Source: a virus (lineage: Duplodnaviria; Heunggongvirae; Uroviricota; Caudoviricetes). From it: a stretch of DNA of 15,791 nt. The DNA is taken from IMG/VR virus record IMGVR_UViG_2737471840_000001, positions 1-15,791 of that record; one strand, given 5' to 3'. This document shows, piece after piece, positions 9,397 through 15,062 of this stretch. Position 1 is the stretch's first letter. Each line of letters opens with the position of its first letter. The notes below the pieces were generated by a model, which did not search any database, was not told the origin of the DNA, and was given only the letters and a program-made list of their open reading frames with translations. The position numbers were made by a program, and so were the translations under genes.

Positions 9397-11072
9397 TGTG
9401 ATTGCCCACCCTGACCACTAACTGCATTCGCCATAGCTGACAAAACACTCGGATCCGAAGTTTTAGCTTCGCTTAGCGTCTTGGCACCCTGTGCCGCCGC
9501 CATCCCCATCGCCATCATTTGTTGTTGCTGTTGTTGCTGTGCCCGTTGCTGGCGAGCCTGCTCAACCTGTTCCTGCGGAACAATGACGGTTGGAGACACT
9601 CCGGACATATCAGCGAATGCATCGATCGCCTGATCAACGTTGAGTTTGTCGAGAGCTTCTGGTTTCGCTTGCGCAAGTTGACCAATGAAGTTAACCGTGG
9701 ACGCCAGACTGGACAGGCCGATAGACTTCTGCGCCTGAGCCATGACAGAAATGTATTCGACCTTCAGGGGCATACCTTCCATCGCGTCAGGCGGTGGCGG
9801 CAGCATGTTTTTACGCACCATCATCGAGAAAGCGCGGTCAATGAGAGGATTAAGACATTCGTCGTTCAGACGCTCCAGAACCGGCCCCAACATCAGAAGT
9901 TTTTCTTCTTTCATTTCGATCACCGCTTCAACAGGCATCGAGCGGGTATTGATGTTCTGCAACATCATGAACAGATCGACAAAGTAGGCGCTGTTAATGA
10001 TTTGGCGGGTGTCCTGAATGTCTGCTACCAGATCTGCTGTACTGGGGTTAACCAGATAAGCAGGCCTGAAACCATCCTGACCAGTAATCTGATCGATATA
10101 CGTGATGTCGCCAGGAAGAAGGGAGGCGCGCTGATTCTTGAGGGAAGTCGGAGCAACCATCGGCGGATTGGTGGCTTTATCAATCAACTGCGACTTGCGC
10201 TTCTGGAGAAGCTGCAGTGCCTTAACAGGTCCAAGCGCCAGCATACCCGGGCATGATGATCCATAAACATCTTCGCCGTTAACTTCCCAGCGCGGAGCCA
10301 TAATTGGAAACTCATCGAATCCGGACTCACGCAACAACTTGTCGTTATCGCCACCAACCTCGTAATAAACCGATTTGAATGGCTTGTTCTTGCTATCCAG
10401 CTTCGATGTATCGCGGTCAATGTTCGGGTAAACCGAATGCATCACTTCAATCCACTTCTCGTAGGTGCCGCTTTCCCACATGCTTTTTACGGATTCGCTG
10501 ACGTTATTTAGCCCGAACTCCTGAACAAGCTGACGAACAGTCATAGAGAACTTGCGAAAACAGGTGTCCACACTGCCACGAGGTGAGTTAGCCAGGTAGT
10601 AACTGCCTATCGGGAATGGCATTGTGCGAATGATGTCCTCGTCATCCTCCAGCACTGCCATTGCACCAGTGCTGTATGTGCCGAGGCTTCCGTATAACTG
10701 CGGCAGAGACTGATAGAGATTCGACTTATTGAACATATCGTTCATGCGGTTCTGCACCGCCTCAAGCCACAACTTAACAGGGCCATAATCCATCATTTCA
10801 GGATCTGGCGTAGCCAGGCGAAACCACGGACGCGCGGGGCTTGTGATGCCTGACATCATGCCGCTGGCGAGAGTGCGCGCCGCCATAGTCCCGGTCGAAT
10901 CAATAATGCGTGTATTGCGTCGATCGTTACGGTTGACCTCTGAAGTCAGAAAGCGGGAACCACGCGGGTTGATGTAATCACTCAACTCGCGCCAGTGCGG
11001 CTCGAACGACTGACGCTCGCTTTCAAGTTGTGCGAACTGTTTGTTCAATCGCTCTTTAGTTGTTTCCGCCAT
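9393..11072 (-). CDS. Portal (head-to-tail connector) protein, T7 gp8-like
   Basis: 559-aa ORF immediately downstream of the terminase region. Gln/Ala/Met-rich C-terminal tail (QQRAQQQQQQQMMAMGMAAAQG...) resembles T7-type connectors as I recall them. ATG at 11072 with GGAG RBS. Confidence 0.75.
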   Translation of the reverse strand: MAETTKERLNKQFAQLESERQSFEPHWRELSDYINPRGSRFLTSEVNRNDRRNTRIIDSTGTMAARTLASGMMSGITSPARPWFRLATPDPEMMDYGPVKLWLEAVQNRMNDMFNKSNLYQSLPQLYGSLGTYSTGAMAVLEDDEDIIRTMPFPIGSYYLANSPRGSVDTCFRKFSMTVRQLVQEFGLNNVSESVKSMWESGTYEKWIEVMHSVYPNIDRDTSKLDSKNKPFKSVYYEVGGDNDKLLRESGFDEFPIMAPRWEVNGEDVYGSSCPGMLALGPVKALQLLQKRKSQLIDKATNPPMVAPTSLKNQRASLLPGDITYIDQITGQDGFRPAYLVNPSTADLVADIQDTRQIINSAYFVDLFMMLQNINTRSMPVEAVIEMKEEKLLMLGPVLERLNDECLNPLIDRAFSMMVRKNMLPPPPDAMEGMPLKVEYISVMAQAQKSIGLSSLASTVNFIGQLAQAKPEALDKLNVDQAIDAFADMSGVSPTVIVPQEQVEQARQQRAQQQQQQQMMAMGMAAAQGAKTLSEAKTSDPSVLSAMANAVSGQGGQSQ

Positions 11073-11086
11073 TTCAATGACTCCGG

Positions 11087-11293
11087 TTACTGACCAAGCA
11101 GCGTTTTACCGCTGGTATTAGCGGTTGATGTGTCGCCCTGAGAACCGGTAAGCAGCGTAGAACTACGACCAGCAGCAGCGCGACGGCGACGAGTTTCTTC
11201 GTCGCGGGCATCAACAACGGCGGCATCCTGCTCCTGTGGTGCTGCCTGAACTTCTGGTGTTGCAGGCACTGACGGTGAGCTACCCATGCACAT
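11087..11293 (-). CDS. Candidate small low-complexity protein upstream of portal
   Basis: 68-aa ORF, ATG at 11293, preceded by CGGAGTCATTGA, the same 12-nt RBS context found in front of the portal ATG. Composition is Ala/Arg/Thr/Ser-rich; coding status uncertain. Confidence 0.35.
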   Translation of the reverse strand: MCMGSSPSVPATPEVQAAPQEQDAAVVDARDEETRRRRAAAGRSSTLLTGSQGDTSTANTSGKTLLGQ

Positions 11294-11315
11294 ATCAATG
11301 ACTCCGTACGCAATT

Positions 11316-11388
11316 AAATTATTACCAATTTAACCACATATGATTTATTTATCGTAGATAGTTGACATTTAACGCACAAATTATTACC
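11316..11388. repeat. Two copies of AAATTATTACC in the AT-rich intergenic region, flanking a TTGACA hexamer
   Basis: Exact 11-bp direct repeat at 11316-11326 and 11378-11388. TTGACA at 11363-11368. Inverted repeat TTACC-N5-GGTAA at 11384-11398. Confidence 0.6.
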
Positions 11389-11439
11389 TTTCAGGTAACC
11401 AAAGAGTTCATTCCGGTTACTAACCTGACTGGCTTGTCG

Positions 11440-11721
11440 TTAAATTGAACAGGTGGAGTGAGCTTTTATTTTGAGCAGTACGGCGTATGGCACATGCGCC
11501 GATAGCGGTCTGGATACGTTTAAGGGGCACCCTCCCTTGCTCGGGCAAACGAACCAGGTAGCCGGAATGTGCAAGTCGAGCGGTTTTATTCCGCGCACGG
11601 GGATTCACCATCCCGGCGATTCGGTGTGACGCCTCGGAAGAGACGAGGGTACAACGATGAGAGCATTTATGGAGCCGCGACAAAGTGTGGCGCACTTAAC
11701 AGGCTAAGTGCTCTCAGCGTT
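11440..11721 (+). ncRNA. Candidate structured non-coding RNA or long leader upstream of tRNA-Arg
   Basis: About 280 nt of GC-rich sequence with no credible ORF on either strand. Local hairpins: TTGC-tcgg-GCAA (11537-11548), GCGG-N7-CCGC (11580-11594), GGGAT-N5-ATCCC (11600-11614), CCTCG-N7-CGAGG (11632-11648). Boundaries and strand are not determined. Confidence 0.3.
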
Positions 11722-11798
11722 GTGGCATTAGCTCAGTTGGACAGAGCAACCGCCTTCTAAGCGGTTGGTCGCAGGTTCGAATCCTGCATGCCACGCCA
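11722..11798 (+). tRNA. tRNA-Arg (anticodon UCU), argU-like, with encoded CCA
   Basis: Hand-folded cloverleaf: acceptor GTGGCAT/ATGCCAC, D-arm GCTC-AGTTGGACA-GAGC, anticodon stem ACCGC/GCGGT with loop CTTCTAA, T-arm GCAGG-TTCGAAT-CCTGC, discriminator G, CCA. Body closely resembles enterobacterial argU from memory. Confidence 0.9.
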
Positions 11799-11841
11799 GA
11801 ATCACGCCTAAGGACCGTGATGCCAGAAGTTCCAGGTGCTT

Positions 11842-11884
11842 GGCGGTGATGGTTTCCCTTGAAGGACTATCACCGCCATTTTTA
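11842..11884 (+). terminator. Intrinsic terminator downstream of tRNA-Arg
   Basis: GGCGGTGAT (11842-11850) pairs with ATCACCGCC (11869-11877), internal CCTT/AAGG pairing, followed by a run of five T (11879-11883). Confidence 0.55.
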
Positions 11885-11962
11885 CAGCAGGACGCCATTG
11901 CGATGACTTCATGCTGTAAACCAGTACAGCCACGGAAGGCATAACTCATTGCTTCCAGTTCT

Positions 11963-11986
11963 CCCGGTTCGTCCGGGCATTTTTTT
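11963..11986 (+). terminator. Intrinsic terminator-like hairpin just upstream of the 110-aa ORF RBS
   Basis: CCCGG-TTCGT-CCGGG (11963-11977), then CA and seven T (11980-11986). No U-tract on the opposite strand. Confidence 0.5.
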
Positions 11987-11998
11987 AAGGTGAAAATC

Positions 11999-12331
11999 AT
12001 GAAAGAGAAGACTGCAGCTGAGCGCTATGCCGCAGCTATCAATGCCGCGATGGCGATTGTAAACCTGCGTGAAGAGATTAAAGATCTCCTTGCAATTATC
12101 CATAACAACCTGACATGTACAGAGTTGCTTGGCGGTCAGTACAACGGTGAGGCGGTGAAGGAGGCATTTAAAAATGCCGAGGTAGGAATAATTCCAGCAA
12201 ACTATGTCAAGGCTGAATGTGTGCTCCTAAAGGCACGAGTGAGTCTGCATGAAGATCCTGGTAATCTCGGTCGAACTGCAATGCGTTACGTGATAGACGA
12301 GTCGAATGCCAAACACAATCTACCGAAATAA
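11999..12331 (+). CDS. Orphan hypothetical protein (110 aa), moron-like, opposite to the morphogenesis operon
   Basis: ATG at 11999 with AAGGTG RBS 6 nt upstream (the track start at 11990 is GTG). Product MKEKTAAERYAAAINAAMAIVNLREEIKDLL... has no recognised motif. Uses rare ATA, CTA and CGA codons and looks lower in GC than neighbours. Bracketed by terminators. Confidence 0.6.
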   Translation: MKEKTAAERYAAAINAAMAIVNLREEIKDLLAIIHNNLTCTELLGGQYNGEAVKEAFKNAEVGIIPANYVKAECVLLKARVSLHEDPGNLGRTAMRYVIDESNAKHNLPK

Positions 12332-12334
12332 CAC

Positions 12335-12348
12335 CGTGACATGTCACA
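12335..12348. repeat. CGTGACATGTCACA, copy 1 (perfect 12-bp palindrome GTGACATGTCAC inside)
   Basis: Exact 14-bp match to 14600-14613. Lies 4 nt after the stop of the 110-aa ORF and before the terminator at 12352-12380. Confidence 0.8.
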
Positions 12349-12351
12349 AAC

Positions 12352-12380
12352 AGCCAGCCTATGAGCTGGCTTTGTTTTAT
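12352..12380 (+). terminator. Intrinsic terminator after the 110-aa ORF
   Basis: AGCCAGC (12352-12358) pairs with GCTGGCT (12365-12371), loop CTATGA, then TTGTTTTAT. The opposite strand has an A-tract before the hairpin, so it is unidirectional for plus-strand transcripts. Confidence 0.6.
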
Positions 12381-12421
12381 CCTCACCAGAGGATATCAAC
12401 GACATTATCCCCACCAGCGGA

Positions 12422-13897
12422 TTAAGCATAGGGATCGTAATCTGTGATGGCCTTGCCTTGCTGGTTCTGCTGACCGGGAATTCGCAGACGCTTCGACACA
12501 GGGAACGCAAACGTCAGCAGTAGCGCATCGCCTTTACCAGGAGAACGCCCAAGTCGCTCTTTGATATCTTCCTTCGGTTCGATAACGATTTTACCGTCCA
12601 CTCGAACTTTGTACTCTGCTGCCGACAGGTCGTCCGCTGTTTCCTGGTCATCCAGCATGCCGCCCAGCCTCAGCCATGTCTTGCATGAATTGAACATCTC
12701 CCCACGCTTGTTGAGCATCTGCGGGTCAGTAGACGCGCCACCGAACGGAACAAGTTGCCATGTACGACCCCATCCGTCACCGATTGACTTCAGACCGGTT
12801 CCGTAACCGAAGTCGATGAACACCGCGTCAGCCTGATACTGGTCTTCAAAGTCAGCGATACGCTTCGCCATAATCAGATCGTCGGTAGTCTTGTTGCCAG
12901 TCCACAGCACCTTACTGTGTAGCCCCTGCCGCAGGTATATCACCGCGTCATCAACGCCTGAATATGCCGGGTCAACACCGATTATCACCGGAGCATGCGC
13001 CACCTGCGCAGCGGTTACCACCCGTTTCATTGCCTCATCAGTAAGACCGGTAGGGATAAACTGCAATTCAGATGCATCAGGGAATATGCCGCGCACACGG
13101 ATTTTAACGAAGTCGCTGTCTTCCCCGTAGTCATCAACCCATTTCTGCAACTGCTGTTTGTTAGTGCCTTCCACCGTTCGGCTGTCAATCTGCGCAGTTT
13201 TCCAGCGGTGTTTATATTTGCGGAAACATTCACGGAATCGCCCGGTATTACGCGTCGGGTTTCCGAACGCCACCCAGATAATCTCAGTGTCTTCGTCCGT
13301 TAGCGCACCTTCGGCAACTTCCCACACCAGATCCGCAATGTTCGACGCTTCATCGAATACCACGATGATGCGTTTGCGCTCGTTGTGTAGTCCGGCGAAT
13401 GCCTCAGTGTTGTGCTCAGACCAGGGGATTGCGTCAGCTCGCCACCGCTTGTCGTGCCCAGGATCATTGCTGTACATCGCGGTAGCGGTACAGGTAAACC
13501 AGTCTTTCGTGATAGCAAGGTTCGACCACTTGATAATTTCCGGCCAGGTCTTCGTTCGTAGCTGGTTGTCGGTGTTGGCGGTCACCACGACCTTACAATC
13601 CTCGCAAGTGGACATGCCCCAGTTGATCAGCATTGAGATGAATGCGGATTTACCAATACCGTGACCAGAAGCACGTGCCAGCATAAGCGGCTGATATCGC
13701 GTCTCTGGATTCTGCAGGTGATCACGTATCTCTCGGAACGCATCGGCCTGCCACTGACGTGGACCGGTGGCATGTGCCAGTTCAGTACCCTCTTCCCCCC
13801 ACGGGAACGCATAGAGGGCATAGCCAAGCGGATCGTGAGTGAACCCTGCAATATCCTCGATTAACTGCTCTTCAGGAGATAACGCTGTATCTGTCAC
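12422..13897 (-). CDS. Terminase large subunit
   Basis: 491-aa ORF with a P-loop/Walker A motif (ASGHGIGKS) near the N-terminus and an acidic nuclease-type segment (VDPAYSGVDDAVIY) in the C-terminal half. GTG start at 13897 overlapping the terminase small stop (GTGA). Confidence 0.85.
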   Translation of the reverse strand: MTDTALSPEEQLIEDIAGFTHDPLGYALYAFPWGEEGTELAHATGPRQWQADAFREIRDHLQNPETRYQPLMLARASGHGIGKSAFISMLINWGMSTCEDCKVVVTANTDNQLRTKTWPEIIKWSNLAITKDWFTCTATAMYSNDPGHDKRWRADAIPWSEHNTEAFAGLHNERKRIIVVFDEASNIADLVWEVAEGALTDEDTEIIWVAFGNPTRNTGRFRECFRKYKHRWKTAQIDSRTVEGTNKQQLQKWVDDYGEDSDFVKIRVRGIFPDASELQFIPTGLTDEAMKRVVTAAQVAHAPVIIGVDPAYSGVDDAVIYLRQGLHSKVLWTGNKTTDDLIMAKRIADFEDQYQADAVFIDFGYGTGLKSIGDGWGRTWQLVPFGGASTDPQMLNKRGEMFNSCKTWLRLGGMLDDQETADDLSAAEYKVRVDGKIVIEPKEDIKERLGRSPGKGDALLLTFAFPVSKRLRIPGQQNQQGKAITDYDPYA

Positions 13898-14490
13898 TGA
13901 TTGCCATCCTGACGTTCTTTCAGTCTCTTCCTGGCTGCCGCTATGCGATCAGCAATTGTCACATTCACATTAACATCCAGGCGTTCTTTGAATGCGTTGA
14001 CGTCGACGTGCTTACCAATCAGTTCGAGGTTCTTCACCTTGTCAGGCCATTTAATTTTTTTGAGGATTGTCTCTATCGAATCCTCGTTCATGTTCATGAT
14101 GGTCGATGACAGATCAAAGCCACTAAGCGTAGTGCGCCAGATTTTCGGCCACTCGCGGATTGGCTTAAGACTCCCATCGTCGTTGAGGATATCAATCACG
14201 TCCATCTGGTCGATCTCCACCAGGCGCATGAGAACGTAATCAGCACTGACGCGCATTCGTTTGTTGCGCTCCTCCATCAACTCGGCAATCCGTTTTTGAA
14301 TGCGTTCATCACGCATCATGACACTGGCTTTAACTGCCGCTGTATTTGGGGAGAATCCTGCGTTAATCGCTGCCTGAGTCTGGTTTTCAGGCGTTTTGAT
14401 GTATGACTGGCAATAAGCCTCCTGCATTGCTGTTAGTGGCTTAAATTGCGTTGATTTGCGTTTATAGGTTTTAGGTTCAGCAGGCATCAT
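13894..14490 (-). CDS. Terminase small subunit (Terminase_2-like)
   Basis: Conserved N-terminal signature LTAMQEAYCQSYIKTPENQTQAAINAGFS fits the Terminase_2 family pattern as I recall it. Start moved from the track's 14568 to the internal ATG at 14490 (MMPAEPK...) because a terminator hairpin and tandem repeats occupy 14498-14561. Confidence 0.7.
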   Translation of the reverse strand: MMPAEPKTYKRKSTQFKPLTAMQEAYCQSYIKTPENQTQAAINAGFSPNTAAVKASVMMRDERIQKRIAELMEERNKRMRVSADYVLMRLVEIDQMDVIDILNDDGSLKPIREWPKIWRTTLSGFDLSSTIMNMNEDSIETILKKIKWPDKVKNLELIGKHVDVNAFKERLDVNVNVTIADRIAAARKRLKERQDGNQ

Positions 14491-14497
14491 AACCACC

Positions 14498-14529
14498 GTG
14501 GTAATAGTTACCGTTGTGGTAATAGTACC
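14498..14529. repeat. Tandem imperfect repeat GTGGTAATAGTTACC / GTGGTAATAGTACC, each internally palindromic
   Basis: Copies at 14498-14512 and 14516-14529, separated by GTT. Located between the terminator hairpin and the terminase small start. A possible extended -10 element (TGGTACTAT on the minus strand, plus coordinates 14522-14530) overlaps copy 2. Confidence 0.6.
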
Positions 14530-14530
14530 A

Positions 14531-14561
14531 TGCAAAATAAAGCCGCCATAGTTGGCGGCAG
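14531..14561 (-). terminator. Intrinsic terminator upstream of the terminase genes
   Basis: Minus strand reads CTGCCGCC-AACTAT-GGCGGC followed by TTTATTTTG; plus-strand stem at 14542-14547 and 14554-14559. Confidence 0.5.
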
Positions 14562-14599
14562 TATTCAAAACCCATCAAATTCATCATGCATAATCTACT

Positions 14600-14613
14600 C
14601 GTGACATGTCACA
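14600..14613. repeat. CGTGACATGTCACA, copy 2
   Basis: Exact 14-bp match to 12335-12348. Overlaps the stop codon of the 115-aa minus-strand ORF and lies just upstream, in the minus-strand sense, of the terminator at 14531-14561. Confidence 0.8.
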
Positions 14614-14956
14614 CTATTAATTTCGTTTCATGCCAGCCTTTAGTCACCCAGCATTGCGAGTCACCATTACACGGGCATGAATTCACAGGAACTCTCTCGC
14701 CGCACTTACCGCAACGTTTTCTGCTGATCGATTTTATACGCCCGCGCACGCGTGCATCATCCTGGCGGATCAGTAACGCTATATACTCACCAAATTCGTA
14801 AGGCGCACGCCCGGGGCGACGTGTGGCACAGTTACGCTCCAGCATTTCAATTTCCTGAGCATCAAGCACAATCTCCAGCTTACGTACACCGGATTCAGCT
14901 TGTCTGGCTCTCTGAGCGGCTTTGCGTTCTGCGGGGGATTTAGCCACGAATCGCAC
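14609..14956 (-). CDS. Hypothetical protein with basic N-terminus and C-terminal cysteine cluster (possible zinc-ribbon or nucleic-acid-binding protein)
   Basis: 115-aa ORF with no ATG; GTG at 14956 or 14947, the latter with GGAG 8 nt upstream. C-terminus CGKCGERVPVNSCPCNGDSQC. Function unknown. Confidence 0.45.
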   Translation of the reverse strand: MRFVAKSPAERKAAQRARQAESGVRKLEIVLDAQEIEMLERNCATRRPGRAPYEFGEYIALLIRQDDARVRGRIKSISRKRCGKCGERVPVNSCPCNGDSQCWVTKGWHETKLIV

Positions 14957-15062
14957 TCCACGCCAGATTGATTAATGACTCCCAGGCAATATAAACCCGG
15001 ATACCAGCAGCCAGGCCGAAACCAATCACCATGGCATAAAGCAGAGCGTTGCACTTGTTCAT
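14940..15062 (-). CDS. Candidate 40-aa single-pass membrane peptide
   Basis: ATG at 15062 overlaps the stop of the DUF551 gene. Product MNKCNALLYAMVIGFGLAAGIRVYIAWESLINLAWSAIRG has one hydrophobic helix. The 65-aa track ORF would overlap the upstream gene by 76 nt, so the internal start is preferred. Confidence 0.35.
   Translation of the reverse strand: MNKCNALLYAMVIGFGLAAGIRVYIAWESLINLAWSAIRG

Noticed and set aside
9519-10256. 245-aa plus-strand ORF
   Set aside because: Lies entirely antisense to the portal gene. Leu/Arg/His-rich composition typical of a shadow ORF, with no RBS context.
11363-11391. Confident sigma70 promoter call from TTGACA at 11363-11368
   Set aside because: With a 17-bp spacer the -10 would be ACCTTT, a poor match. 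The promoter is plausible in this AT-rich region but cannot be placed from sequence alone, so it is not listed as a feature.
11420-11760. 91-aa minus-strand ORF and 63-aa plus-strand ORF in the structured region
   Set aside because: The plus-strand ORF runs through the tRNA gene. The minus-strand ORF is Arg/His/Ser-rich without an RBS. Both are better explained as artefacts of a GC-rich non-coding RNA region.
11722-11798. tRNA as a prophage integration (att) site
   Set aside because: The tRNA is complete with its own acceptor stem and CCA, sits between terminase and portal, and no integrase gene or duplicated 3' tRNA fragment is present in the window.
12335-12348. Palindrome GTGACATGTCAC as a CRP-binding site
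   Set aside because: The CRP consensus has TGTGA and TCACA half-sites separated by 6 bp. Here the GTGA and TCAC halves are separated by 4 bp, so it is not a canonical CRP site.
13894-14568. Terminase small subunit starting at ATG 14568
   Set aside because: That extension would translate through a terminator hairpin and tandem repeats, and would place the conserved N-terminal motif unusually far from the start. The internal ATG at 14490 fits better.
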